A stretch of DNA of 64,000 nt from an uncultured Spirochaetota bacterium (GTDB taxonomy: Bacteria > Spirochaetota > Spirochaetia > SZUA-6 > Fen-1364): positions 608,001-672,000 of the forward strand of contig CAVTHO010000007.1 in the NCBI GenBank assembly GCA_963734545.1, given 5' to 3'. Below, piece by piece: positions 11,140-22,516 of this stretch. The notes beneath the pieces were generated by a model that worked only from the letters and a program-made list of their open reading frames with translations, was not told the origin of the DNA and did no database searches. How positions within the stretch are numbered: position 1 is the stretch's first letter; the number at the start of each line of letters is the position of its first letter. The position numbers and the translations under genes are program-made.

Positions 11140-11883
11140 ATGCCGTGGAGAGAGACACGGGTTCCCTACCGGATACTCGTTTCCGAATTCATGCTGCAGC
11201 AGACCGGCATCGAGAGGGTCAGGACGAAGTACGCAGCTTTCCTGCATGCTTTCCCCGGGTTTCGCGCCCTGGCGGCGGCGAGCGTGGAAGAAGTGCTGGC
11301 TGCCTGGAAGGGCCTGGGCTACAACCGCAGGGCCCTTGCCCTGCGGGAGGCAGCGCGGCGCATCGTGGAAACGCATCACGGCAGAATGCCCCGCACGGTC
11401 GAAACCCTGATGGAGCTGCCCGGCATCGGCCATGCCACAGCCTCCGCCGTGCTCGTGTACAGTTTCAATTCCCCGCTCCCTTTCATCGAGACCAATATCC
11501 GAAGGGTTTTCATTCACTTCTTTTTTCCCCGCGGCCGCCGGGTCACAGACGCAAAGCTCATGCCGCTCGTGGAAAAGACGCTGGACAAGGACGATCCCCG
11601 CGAATGGTATTACGCTTTGATGGACTATGGCGCCATGCTGGGCAAAACCTCCATGAACGCCAACACGCGGAGCGCCCGCTACCGCATGCAGGCGGCGTTC
11701 GAAGGCTCGCTGCGCCAGTTGCGGGGCAAAATCCTCGCGGCGATGCTGGAACGCGGGCCTGCCACGGAGGCCCAGATCGCACGCGCCATTGGCAGCGCTG
11801 ACGAGCGGCTCGGCCGCGCGCTCGCCCAGCTTGTTGATGAAGGATTCCTCCTCCGTCGGGGCCGCCGCTACTCTTTCAGGTAG
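11140..11883 (+). CDS. mutY: A/G-specific adenine glycosylase-like protein (HhH-GPD), Fe-S-less; true start may be ~11074
   Basis: PWR...PY.ILVSE.MLQQT, W.GLGY.RRA..L, LPGIG..TA motifs. Confidence 0.8.
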   Translation: MPWRETRVPYRILVSEFMLQQTGIERVRTKYAAFLHAFPGFRALAAASVEEVLAAWKGLGYNRRALALREAARRIVETHHGRMPRTVETLMELPGIGHATASAVLVYSFNSPLPFIETNIRRVFIHFFFPRGRRVTDAKLMPLVEKTLDKDDPREWYYALMDYGAMLGKTSMNANTRSARYRMQAAFEGSLRQLRGKILAAMLERGPATEAQIARAIGSADERLGRALAQLVDEGFLLRRGRRYSFR

Positions 11884-12958
11884 TCGTCCGCATTGAACTG
11901 GGCAAGCAGGGACGACAGGGGCAGCTCGCTGTTCAGCCGATAGACGATCTCCGAGGCAAGATGGGTGGAGGAAACCACGCGAAGGCAGGGCAGCCTCCGG
12001 CGGATCTCCGGCGTGCACGGGATGGTGTCCGTCACCAGGATCGTGCCGATCAGCCTCTCGTCGCAGAGCTCTCCGATCCGCTCCAGCGCGGGCGGAGAGA
12101 AAACGGGATGCACGATGGCGATGTTGAGCGCCGCCGGCGAGCGGCTGGCCAGCTCGCGCACCAGCTTGCTCATCGAGTCGCCCGTGTCGATCATGTCGTC
12201 GATGATCCAGAGCGTCTTGCCCTCGATGGGTTCCGCGGTGAGGATGTTGATGGATTCCACCGTGTTGGCCGCGGTGTAGTCCCTCTGCTTGTGGGAGATG
12301 ACGATTCGCGTTCCGAATGACGCGGCGAACCTCTTGGCCAGCCCCTCACCTCCCGCGTCCACGGAGCAGAAGAGCCAGTGATTCCTGACTTCGTCGTGCA
12401 GCCTTTCTCTCGGTCATCACGAAATTGTCGCAAAGTACGTCTTGAGCAGGGCGCGGGCGGGAATATCATCCACCACGCAGAGCGCCGGATCGATGAATGT
12501 CTTGGACTTCTCCGAGTGAAGCTGGAACGTGATGTAGTGATCGATGCCCGAGGCTGATGAGGATCTTGAAGTGCAGCCACAGCCCGACTGAGTTCCTGCG
12601 CGTCAGGCGATCGGACCTCCCGGGGCCGCAGTACGGCTCGAACACCGTGATCCGCTGCGCCTGCGCCCGGCGCAGCGCGTCCACCGCGTGGTAGGTCTCG
12701 ACCTTGTTCTCTTCCGCCGAGAGACCCGCCTCGTTCCGGCCTCCTCCCGCGAACAGGAACACGTCACAGCCGCGCACGGAGGTGCCGATTTCGGCCTCCA
12801 TCTCACCGTCGGCGAACTTCGAAATCGAGATCTCCCCGTGGATGTCTGTCTCTCCTGTGCCCTCCTGGAACCGCGGATACGTGATGCAGGTTCTCGCTCA
12901 CCTGGCGGCTGTAGCCTGCCAGGGCACGAGTTGAGAAGATCTTGAGTCGACCGCGCAT
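11868..12958 (-). CDS. prs: Ribose-phosphate pyrophosphokinase (frameshifted)
   Basis: FADGEME..IGTSVRGCDVF, DAGG, IIDDMIDTGDS, HPVFS, VTDTIP. Inferred start MRGRLKIFS at 12958. Confidence 0.85.
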
Positions 12959-13004
12959 TGGCGCAATCTACCAGAAATGAGGGCAGGAGTCCACGCAGCA
13001 GCGG

Positions 13005-13703
13005 CTATTGCGCCGCGGTATTCCGCGGATTTGGCGCCGCGGTATTCCGCGGATTTGGCGCCGCGATCTCTCGGGCCACTGCCCGCGCCCGATCGACGAT
13101 GAGCTTTTCCCGGGACAGCCGTGCAATATCGGTGCATTGCGCGAGGAAATCGGAACGATGCGTCCTTTCAACCGCGGACAGAAAGTCGAGGACGAGCGCG
13201 AGCTCCTGGGGCTGGATTGCGCCGCTGCCTCTTTCCAGCGCTCTCACGACCCGTGATCCGGCCTGGGCGAGAGCGGGGAGGGCTCTGGGCGTATTCAATA
13301 AGGGAAGGATACGCACGAGGGCTCCCACGAGCTGGGGGTCCCTCCACTCCGCCATTTCTCCTGGCCATCGAATCGAGCTCATTCCGATTGGCCTCTATCC
13401 TTTGGCGAAATCCAGCTCTCCCCGCGTGATGGTTCGAACAGGCCCTGCAGCAGGGTGCGAAGAAGGAGCTCGACCGTGTCGCGCGTCTTCCTGGAGTTGC
13501 CCGCCATCAGCGCGGCGATTATGTTCCCCGCAAAAGGGTCTGCCCGGTTTCCGACTCCCGCGCATACGGAGAGTTTTGTGTCGAAATCCTCACCCTGCAG
13601 GGCCGACAGGAGCACGGGATCCAGAGTCCTGTCGCTGTCCGCCGCGAGCGTTCCCCAGTCTGCGGCTGATGCGCAGAGTGAAACCAGAATCAGCATGAGG
13701 GAA
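13005..13703 (-). CDS. Exported hypothetical helical protein (frameshifted near 13380)
   Basis: Signal-like MSSRAAVSLMLILVSLCASA in ORF 13379..14026, continuing in ORF 13005..13382. Confidence 0.45.
13010..13065. repeat. 24-bp tandem repeat (GCGCCGCGGTATTCCGCGGATTTG, 2.3 copies)
   Basis: Exact copies at 13010-13033 and 13034-13057, partial copy at 13058-13065. Each unit contains a CCGCGG-TATT-CCGCGG hairpin. Confidence 0.9.
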
Positions 13704-13823
13704 ACGGCCGCTCTACTGGACATCCGAGTGCTTCCGGCTATACTTATCGGATTCACGGCCCAATCGGCGAGAAATTCGGGCCGTGTGTGTGTACAGATGA
13801 AAAGGAAGCGAGGCTGAGAAAGA

Positions 13824-15016
13824 ATGGCGAAGAAAGAGGCTCCCTGCCACCGAAAAGAAGTCCGCCGTCCAGGAGGAAAAGACCCGCGCCCTGGAGGCCG
13901 CCCGGCTCCAGATCGAGAAGCAGTTCGGCAAAGGGCTCCCTCATGAAGCTGGGGGAGAACACGGGGCGGCGTGGACGTGGACGTCATCCCCTCCGGCTCC
14001 ATCCTCCTGGACGCGGCCCTCGGCATCGGCGGCTATCCGCGGGGAAGGGTCATTGAGATCTACGGACCCGAGTCCTCGGGGAAAACCACCCTTGCTCTGC
14101 ACGCCATCGCGGAGTCGCAGAAGCAGGGCGGCATCGCCGCTTTCGTGGACGCGGAGCATGCCCTTGATCCCGTGTACGCCAAGAACCTCGGCGTGAACGT
14201 GGACGAGCTCTGGGTGTCCCAGCCGGACACGGGAGAACAGGCGCTGGAGATCGTGGAATCCCTGGTCCGCTCGGGCGCCATGGACATCATCGTGGTGGAC
14301 TCCGTCGCGGCTCTCACCCCGCGCGCGGAGATCGAGGGAGAAATGGGGGACTCCCACATGGGGCTCCAGGCGCGCCTCATGAGCCAGGCGCTGCGCAAGC
14401 TCACCGCCACCATCTCCAAGACAAGGACCTGCCTCATCTTCATCAACCAGATCCGCATGAAGATCGGGGTCATGTTCGGCAATCCCGAGACGACCACCGG
14501 GCGGATTCGCCCTGAAGTTCTACTCCTCCCTGCGCCTGGAGGTGCGAAAGGTGGAGAGCATTGCGCGCGGGAACGAGGAGGTCGTCGGAAACAAGGTCCG
14601 GGTCAAGGTGGTGAAGAACAAGATTGCGCCCCCGTTCCGCAAGGCGGAGATGGACATCATGTTCGGCAAGGGCATTTCGGCCGTCGGCAGCATGCTGGAG
14701 GCCGCCATTCAGACCAACCTCATCGAGAAGGCGGGGAGCTGGTATTCCTACGGGAAGGAGAGGATCGGGCAGGGCGTGGAGAATGCCCGACTCTTCCTCG
14801 AGTCAAACCCCGCGGTCTACGCGGATATAGAGAAGAAGGTCCGGGCAATCCTCTTCCCCAAGCGCGGGAGCCGCCGCTCCGACTGAGCCGGCAGCGGACG
14901 CCCGCGACTCCGCCCGCCGCCTCCGCCCCGGCCTGCCAAGGCCGAGCCAGCCACGGTGCAGGACGGACGCGGAGACCGCGGATGAGGAGCCGGACGGGAA
15001 GAAGGAGCTTTTCTAG
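13824..15016 (+). CDS. recA: Recombinase A (frameshifted)
   Basis: [44 protein letters not shown]. Probable end GAG CTT TTC TAG at 15005-15016. Confidence 0.97.
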
Positions 15017-15039
15017 CCTGTCCGCTCCCCCTCCTGCAC

Positions 15040-15588
15040 ATGAGCGTTCCGGTTCGGCGCGCCGAGCACCGCAATTTGCCGTATTTCATCGCCCTCGGCT
15101 CCAACCTCGGGGACCGGGAGGCAACGCTGCGCCAGGCATGGGCCATGCTGGCGGCCCTGGGCTGCATCGGCGAAGCTCTCCCGCCTGTACGAGACCCGGC
15201 CCATGTACGTCGTGGACCAGCCCCTGTACCTGAATGCGGTCGGCCAGGCTGTCATGCGAATCTCGGGCCAATAGACATGCTGGACCGCCTGCATCACATC
15301 GAAAAGGACCTGGGACGGGATCGCACAAAGGAAATCCGAATGGGACCGCGGACGCTGGACCTGGACATTCTTTTGTGCGGTGACCTCGTCATGGACAGTC
15401 CCGCACTGACCATACCGCATCCGCGCATCACGGAGCGGATGTTCGTCCTGGTTCCTCTGCTTGCGCTCTCACCATGGCTGCGTGATCCGCGCACGGGCAC
15501 GCCCGTATGCAGAATCGCTCGCCCATCTGCAGGCCGGCAGCGAGCGCCTGATGCGGGGGTGTTTACCTTTATCCGTCGGCCGGTATAG
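15040..15588 (+). CDS. folK: 2-amino-4-hydroxy-6-hydroxymethyldihydropteridine diphosphokinase (internal frameshifts)
   Basis: [37 protein letters not shown]. Confidence 0.92.
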   Translation: MSVPVRRAEHRNLPYFIALGSNLGDREATLRQAWAMLAALGCIGEALPPVRDPAHVRRGPAPVPECGRPGCHANLGPIDMLDRLHHIEKDLGRDRTKEIRMGPRTLDLDILLCGDLVMDSPALTIPHPRITERMFVLVPLLALSPWLRDPRTGTPVCRIARPSAGRQRAPDAGVFTFIRRPV

Positions 15589-15716
15589 TATAACTGGCCG
15601 CGCAGAATCGCGGAATACGCGGTCACGAAGCGCCGAGTACGGCGGCGCGGATGCCGTGACATTCATGCGGCGCGGTTTTTCCAAGCCTGAATCGAAGGGA
15701 GTCATGTCTCGTAACC

Positions 15717-16547
15717 GTGTCTGATGTGAGCAAGAACGTGAGCGAGAAGCAGCATTTCCACCTGGGTGATTTCGACGGTCCCCTGGATCTGCTTCTCTTT
15801 CTCATCAGGAAATCCGAGGTCAACATCTACGACATCCCCATCGCCTCGATCACCGAGCAGTACCTCTCGTTCCTGAGCTTCGCCACGCAAGGTGGACCTG
15901 GACACGATGACCGAGTTCTACCTCATGGCGGCCACGCTGCTGTACATCAAGAGCAAGATGCTCCTGCCCGTGGAGCTCAACATGGACGACGAGCTGGAGG
16001 ATCCGCGCAGGGAGCTGGTGGAGAAGCTCATCGAGTACCAGAAATTCCGCAAGCTCTCCGACCTCATGGCGGACAAGGAAGGGGAGGTGGAGTGGATCAT
16101 CGAGCGCACGCGCAGCCAGCGGATCCTTCCGTTCTCGGACGACGGCATCTGGGAGCAGGTGAGCGTCTGGGACCTGCTGCAGACCTTCTCCTCCCTTCTG
16201 TCGAACCTCTCCTCGGAGAGGATCATCGACCTCTACGAAGAGGTCAGCGTCAACGAGAAAATCACCCTGATCGCCGAGATGCTGGAGGAGCAGGACGAGT
16301 TCATGTTCACGGACCTCGTGAAAAAGAGGACCATCCTGGAGATCGTCTGCTCCTTCTGGGCGGTGCTGGAGCTGGTCAAGGAGCGGAGAATCCAGGTGCT
16401 GCAGAACCGGCTCTTCGGCGACATCAGGATTCGCGCGCGACGGGCGGAGCAATCGGAGCAGGACCGGGCACGGAATCCGCCGGGTACGTCGATTCGGGCA
16501 CGGCGCCCTCTGCGGCGGAGGGATCGGACGAGCATGGAACTGAGTAA
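15717..16547 (+). CDS. scpA: Segregation/condensation protein A (frameshifted near 15890; 3' end approximate)
   Basis: [37 protein letters not shown]. Confidence 0.9.
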   Translation: MSDVSKNVSEKQHFHLGDFDGPLDLLLFLIRKSEVNIYDIPIASITEQYLSFLSFATQGGPGHDDRVLPHGGHAAVHQEQDAPARGAQHGRRAGGSAQGAGGEAHRVPEIPQALRPHGGQGRGGGVDHRAHAQPADPSVLGRRHLGAGERLGPAADLLLPSVEPLLGEDHRPLRRGQRQRENHPDRRDAGGAGRVHVHGPREKEDHPGDRLLLLGGAGAGQGAENPGAAEPALRRHQDSRATGGAIGAGPGTESAGYVDSGTAPSAAEGSDEHGTE

Positions 16548-17070
16548 GGACGCGGCCCTCGTCGAGGCGGTGCTGCTGCTGGAAAGCGACCCGGTGGAGC
16601 TGCGGAAGCTCTCCACCATCACCGGCCTCCCGCACGAGGCCGTGCAGGAGGCGATCTCCCAGCTTCGCGCCGCCCTGGAGGGCGACGGGCACGGCCTGGA
16701 GATCGTGGAGATCGGCGGAGGTTTCGCCTTTGCGCCTCGCAAGGATCTCTGGGAACAGCTGCGGGAACGCTACGGCAAGAGCGCGGAGAACCGGCTCTCC
16801 AAGGCGGCCCTGGAGACCCTCGCCATCATCGCGTACTCGCAGCCCATCACGCGCGCGGAGATCGAGAGCATCCGCGGTGTGGCGGCGGACGGCATGATCA
16901 AGCTCCTGCTGAGCCGGAACTTCATCCGGGAGGTCGGCAAGAAGGATGTCCCGGGAAAGCCGGTGCAGTACGGCACCACGCGGGAGTTTCTCAAGGCTTT
17001 CCGGCTGACCACCATCTCGGATCTTCCCAAGCTGGACGGCCTGGAGAGGGAGCGCTTTGAGCAGGAATAG
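16534..17070 (+). CDS. scpB: SMC-Scp complex subunit ScpB
   Basis: [48 protein letters not shown]. Confidence 0.95.
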   Translation: MELSKDAALVEAVLLLESDPVELRKLSTITGLPHEAVQEAISQLRAALEGDGHGLEIVEIGGGFAFAPRKDLWEQLRERYGKSAENRLSKAALETLAIIAYSQPITRAEIESIRGVAADGMIKLLLSRNFIREVGKKDVPGKPVQYGTTREFLKAFRLTTISDLPKLDGLERERFEQE

Positions 17071-17783
17071 CGCCGATACCGGCATCCGTCTCCAGGTCTA
17101 CCTTGCCCGCTGCGGCCTGGGCTCGCGGCGCAGCTGCGAAACCCTGATCCAGCACGGCAGGGTCACCCTGAACGGAGTGCCCGTGATCAGGATGGGAGAG
17201 AAGGTCCTGCTCAAGGACGTGGTCACGCTGGACGGCAGAAAGGTGACCCCCTCGTCGAAAAGGATCTATCTTGCGCTCCACAAGCCGCGCGGCTACCTTT
17301 GCGCCAACTCCGATCCCGAAGGGCAGGCCGCTCGTAAGCCAGCTTTTCTCCTCGGCCATCCGGGAGCGGCTTTTCCACGTCGGCAGGCTGGATTTCCTTT
17401 CCACCGGGCTGATTCTCTACACCAACGACGGCGAGTTCACGAAGATCGTCTCTCATCCACGCGCTCAGGTGGAGAAGGAGTACCTCGTGGAGACGGGAAG
17501 GGCGGTGGACGAGGACTTCCTCCGCCAGTACTCGAAAGGAATGCAGGGTCGGAGACACGATCTACAGATGCAAGAGCTACGTCCTTCGGGGCCCCCACTC
17601 GGCGATCATCACCCTCACGGAGGGGAAGAACCGGGAGCTTCGCAACGTCTTCACCAGCCGCAACATCCGTCTCAAGAGGGTCCACCGGCTTCGCATCGGC
17701 CCCGTCACGCTGCGCGGCATCCCGCCCGGCCATTTTCGAAGGCTGACGGAAAGAGAGGTCCGATGGTTTTTCGACCATGGTAG
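17057..17783 (+). CDS. rluB: RsuA/RluB-family pseudouridine synthase (frameshifted)
   Basis: [43 protein letters not shown]. Confidence 0.85.
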
Positions 17784-18420
17784 TAGCGATTGACGGCCCT
17801 GCGGGGGTCGGCAAGAGCACGGTCGCGCGCAGGTGCGCCAAGGCGGTCGGATTCCTCTACATCAACTCCGGCAGCTTCTACCGGGCCATCACCCTGGCCG
17901 TCCTGGACGCGGCGATCCCCCCTGACGACCCGGCGGCGGTCATCGAGATCGCACGCGCCTGCCGGCTGGAGTTGCGCGACGGCCGCCTCGACCTGGACGG
18001 GCGGGACGTGGAAGACCGGCTCCGCTCGCGACGCGGTGGACGCATGGGTCGCGCCGCATCTCCGCGATTCCGCAGGTGCGGGAGATCGTGAACAGGCGGC
18101 TGCGCGAGATAGCCGCGCAGGGTGACGTGGTGGTGGAGGGCCGGGACATCGGGACAGTCGTATTTCCCGAGGCGGAGGTCAAGGTCTTCCTGGACGCGGA
18201 CGTGACCACCCGGGCGGCGCGACGGCACGAGCAGGGCATCAGCGGCCTGCCCCTGTCGGAAATCGAGAGGGCCATCACCGAGCGGGACCTGATGGACCGG
18301 AACAAGCCCTCGGGCAGGCTCGCGGCCGCCCTGGATGCACTGCACATTGACACCTCGCTCTTGACCATAGATCAAGTTTGTGAGAGAGTGAGTGACAGCA
18401 ATTCTCGTGAGCAGAAATAA
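17777..18420 (+). CDS. cmk: Cytidylate kinase (frameshifted)
   Basis: [32 protein letters not shown]. Confidence 0.93.
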
Positions 18421-18441
18421 TCCGGGAGATACACGCCGACT

Positions 18442-20143
18442 ATGAGCACAGAAGACAAGAAGAAACTCGCTCCGGAAGCTGAGAACCAGCTCCAGGAGCA
18501 GTACGTACAGTCCCTCCAGCCGATCGAAGAAGGCCAGATGATCCCTGGCCGGGTCATCGAAGTCGACGGCGACTACGTCTACGTCGACGTCGGCTACAAG
18601 TCAGAGGGCAAGATTTCCAGCAACGAGTTCGACACGCCGCCGCAGGTCGGCGAGACCGTCTACGTCATCCTGGTCCGCAAGGAAGGCCGGGAAGGCCAGG
18701 TCATCGTTTCCAAGCGCAAGGCGGATGAGAAGATCTTCTGGAAGGACCTGCGAATCGCCTTCGACGAGCACAAGCCGGTGCAGGGCACCATCGTGCACAA
18801 GATCAAGGGCGGCTACGAGGTCGACCTCGGCAACGATATCCGCGCGTTCCTTCCCCTGTCCAAGGTGGACGTGAAGCGGCCCAGCGAGAACTCCGACTAT
18901 GTCGGGGTGAAGTCGTCCTTCTACATCGACCGCCTGTACGCCAAGGGCAAGACGAACATCGTCGTCTCCCGCCGCGACTGGATGGAAGAGGACATCAAGC
19001 AAGCGCCGGGACGAGTTCTTCGGCCAGGTCAAGATCGGCGACACCGTGGAAGGGATCGTGAAGAGCTTCACCTCCTTCGGCGCCTTCGTGGACCTCGGCG
19101 GTTTCGACGGCCTGCTCCATATCAACGACATGAGCTGGGGCCACGTGACCCGGCCCAAGGACTTCGTGAAGCTCGGGGAGTCGATCCAGCTCAAGGTGAT
19201 CCGCCTGGAGCCCCAGGAAGGCAGGATCAACCTCAGCCTCAAGCACTTCACGGAAGATCCGTGGAACCACTTCGAGGAGAAGTACCACATCGGGGACGTG
19301 GTCAAGGGCAAGGTCACGAAGCTGGCGGATTTCGGCGCCTTCATCGAGATCGAGGAAGGCATCGAGGGCCTCGCCCATATTTCCGAGCTTTCCTGGGTGC
19401 GCAAGGTCAAGCACCCCCGCGAAGTGCTGAAGGTCGGCGACGTGGTGGAGACCAAGATCCTCAACTACGACATCCAGCAGGGGAAGCTCTCCCTGGGCCT
19501 CAAGCAGGTGCTTCCCAATCCCTGGGACGACATCGACCAGAGATACCCGGTGGGCATGCGTCTGACGCGCAAGGTCGTCCGCGCCAGCCCGTACGCGCTC
19601 TTCTTCGAGATCGAAGAGGGCATCGACGGCGTGATGCACGTGGACGACATGTCGTGGACAAAGAAGATCCGGAACGCCTCGTCTTTCGCCAAGCTCGAGG
19701 AAGAGATCGAGGTCATGGTCATCGGCATCGACAAGGAGCGCGCCAAGGTCCAGCTCGGCGTGAAGCAGCTTTCGGAGGATCCCTGGGAGTCCATTGCCCG
19801 CGCGTACCCGCGCGGCAGCGTCATCACGGGGGAAATCACGAACATCACCGATTTCGGCTTCTTCGTGAAAGTGCAGGGCGGCATCGAGGGCCTGGTGCAC
19901 AAGATGAACATCGTGGATGACCGCGTGGAGCCCCTGGACGCCGCCATGGCCAAGTACAAGGTAGGGGACTCGGTGCAGGCGGTGGTCACGGAGTGCAGCC
20001 CGGCGAAGCAGAAGCTCTCCCTCTCCCTGAGAGACTACGTCAAGCGGGTCCAGCGCGAAGAGATGGACAAGTACATCCACGACGAGTCGAAGCAGGACAC
20101 CGTGTCGCTCGGCGACATGCTCAAGGACAAGATCAAGGGATAA
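18442..20143 (+). CDS. rpsA: 30S ribosomal protein S1 (frameshift near 19000)
   Basis: VDVGYKSEG and repeated S1 domains (FGAFVDLGG.DGLLHI.DMSW). Confidence 0.97.
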
Positions 20144-20174
20144 GCCCCGGTCGGGGCATGGGGCGACCAGCAGA

Positions 20175-21698
20175 ATGTTGAGATTCGCCGCGGACCGTGA
20201 GAAGCTGGAAGTCCTTTTCGACATTTACGCGACGGATCAACTCCGCCTACGCGGACATCCGGGGCCTTCTCACGCAGATCATCGAATCGGCAACCGAGCT
20301 CACCGAAGGGGAAGCCTCGTCTCTCATGCTGGTCAACCCGGAGAACAACAAGCTGTACTTCGAGATCGCCCTCGGGCCCAAGGGAGCGAGCCTCAAGCAG
20401 TATTCGGTGAACATGGGCGAAGGAATCGCCGGGTGGGTGGCAGAGAAGAACACCTCCCTCATCGTGAACGACGCCCAGAACGACGCCCGCTATCTACCCC
20501 GACATCGCCCAGAAGATCGGGTTCCCCACGAGCTCCATCCTCGCCGTCCCCATGAGGGTGAAGGACAAGCTCGTCGGAGTCATCGAGATCATCAACAAGA
20601 GGGGCGGAAAGAAGCTTCACGGAAGAGGATCTCCAATGGCTCGAGATCTTCTCCACCCAGGCCGCCATCGCGGTGCAGAACGCCCGCTCCTTCCAGAAGG
20701 TCAGGAACGAGCTCAGCGTGCTGCAGGACAAGGTCCAGGCGGAGCAGGGGTGGCACACGTTCATCGGGGAAAGCAAGGTCATAAAGGAGAAGCTCGACAT
20801 TGCCCGCAAGGCCGCCGAGACCGATTCCTCGGTGCTCCTGCTGGGGGAAAGCGGCGCGGGCAAGGAGCTCTTCGCCGAGCAGATCCACCTGGCCAGTCCC
20901 CGCAGCAGCAAGCCGTTCATACGGGTGAACTGCGCGGCAATCCCCGAGGCGCTCCTGGAAAGCGAGCTTTTCGGTCATGTCAAAGGCGCATTTACCGACG
21001 CTATCGCGGACCGCAGAGGCCGGTTCGAGCTGGCGGATGGCGGCACCCTCTTCCTGGATGAGATCGCCGACATGCCTCTTTCCCTCCAGGCCAAGCTCCT
21101 TCGGGTCATCCAGAGCAGGACATTCGAGAGGGTAGGCTCCAGCGATTCCCTGCAGGTAAACGTGCGCATCATCGCCGCGACCAACCACGAGCTGGAAAGA
21201 GAGGTCGCCGTGGGAAGATTCAGGGCCGACCTCTTCTACCGCCTCAATGTGCTGCCCATCCACATACCGCCGCTCCGGGAACGGAAGGAAGATATTCCGA
21301 GGCTGGCGGAGTTCTTTCTTCACAAGCACTCGCGCGAGACAAAGAAGCAGCTTACCGGATTCAGCGACGAAGCAATGGAGCAGCTTCTTTCCTACTCCTG
21401 GCCGGGAAACGTGCGGGAGCTGGAAAACGCGATTGAAAGGGCGGTTGTTTTCTCCCGGGACGACCGGATACGCGCCGAGTCACTCGCCCTCAACGCGGGA
21501 GGCGCTCCCGGCAGCGAGGCCTACTCGGAGAGGTCCCTCCGTGAGGCATTGAACATATTCAAAAAACACTTTATCACAAAGGCTCTGGAATCCAACGGGT
21601 GGCACCAGACCAGGACGGCCAAAGCTCTGGCAATCCAGCGGAGCTACCTGTCCAAGCTCGTGAAAGAATTGAGCATCATGAAGGAAAGAGGGGTATAG
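20175..21698 (+). CDS. GAF-domain sigma54-dependent activator (NifA/FhlA-like: GAF, AAA+, Fis-type HTH), frameshifted in the 5' part
   Basis: GEGIAGWVA GAF motif, GESGAGKE, ESELFGH.KGAFTDA, GGTLFLDEI, FRADLFYRL, WPGNVREL. Confidence 0.9.
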
Positions 21699-21703
21699 AG
21701 CAC

Positions 21704-22429
21704 ATGCAGCCAGTGCAGCAGCACGCAGGACAGGGTCAGCAGGCGGGGCAGGAGCCGCTCCGGCGCAGAATCAGCAATTTCCTGGCGCACACCATCGACC
21801 GGTTCCGCATCGCATTGTGGGTGATTCTCATTGCGGGCGCCGTGTTCCTGGTCGGATATCTGATCTACACGGAAATCAACAAGAAGCTCATTTACGACTC
21901 CAGCACGATCGCAGAAGGCGCGCAGGACCTGTTCGATAAATGGACGGCGGAGCCGGATGCAGCCAAGAAGGCCGCGCTGGAGAAGGACCTCACCGCGCAG
22001 CTGGACAGGCTCGTGGACAGGTACCCCCGGCAGTACGGCGGACAGCGGGGCCTGTTCCTCCGCGCAGACATGAACTACTCAAGGAAGGCCTGGGACGCGG
22101 CTCTCAAGGACTTTGAGACGCTGGCCGGTCGCTTCCCGAAGAGCTATCTTGCTCCTATCAGCCTTTTCAACGCGGGCGTCTGCGCCGAGGAAAAAGGCGA
22201 CACCGACGGGGCGCAAAAGCTCTACACGCGCGCCTACGTCACCTACAAGGACTCGACGGTCGCCCCGCGATCCATGTTCAACGCGGGCCGCATTGACGAG
22301 CTGAAGGGGGCCTGGGCGGAAGCTCAGAAGAAATATGAGCAGTTGGACGGCCTCTACAGCCAGAGCGTGTGGACGAAGCTGGCGAAAAACCGGCTCATCG
22401 AGCTCAAGGTGCAGGGAAAGATAAAGTAA
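21704..22429 (+). CDS. Membrane-anchored TPR protein (YfgM-like)
   Basis: N-terminal TM followed by TPRs. RBS-like GAGGGG upstream. Confidence 0.7.
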   Translation: MQPVQQHAGQGQQAGQEPLRRRISNFLAHTIDRFRIALWVILIAGAVFLVGYLIYTEINKKLIYDSSTIAEGAQDLFDKWTAEPDAAKKAALEKDLTAQLDRLVDRYPRQYGGQRGLFLRADMNYSRKAWDAALKDFETLAGRFPKSYLAPISLFNAGVCAEEKGDTDGAQKLYTRAYVTYKDSTVAPRSMFNAGRIDELKGAWAEAQKKYEQLDGLYSQSVWTKLAKNRLIELKVQGKIK

Positions 22430-22516
22430 AAGACTCGCTCGCGCATACCCCCGCCGGAAGCTGCCGCGGATGAGCGCGCGGGGGCGCAGCGGGGCCCAAG
22501 CTGAGGAGGGGCGCGC

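Noticed and set aside
15892-17070. Apparent ScpA-ScpB fusion
   Set aside because: The linker is an Arg-rich off-frame-like peptide in an indel-rich region, and scpB has its own ATG at 16534.
13824-20143. Programmed frameshifting or genuine pseudogenes in recA, cmk, rpsA
   Set aside because: No consistent slippery sites, and too many independent housekeeping genes are affected. Sequencing indels are more parsimonious.
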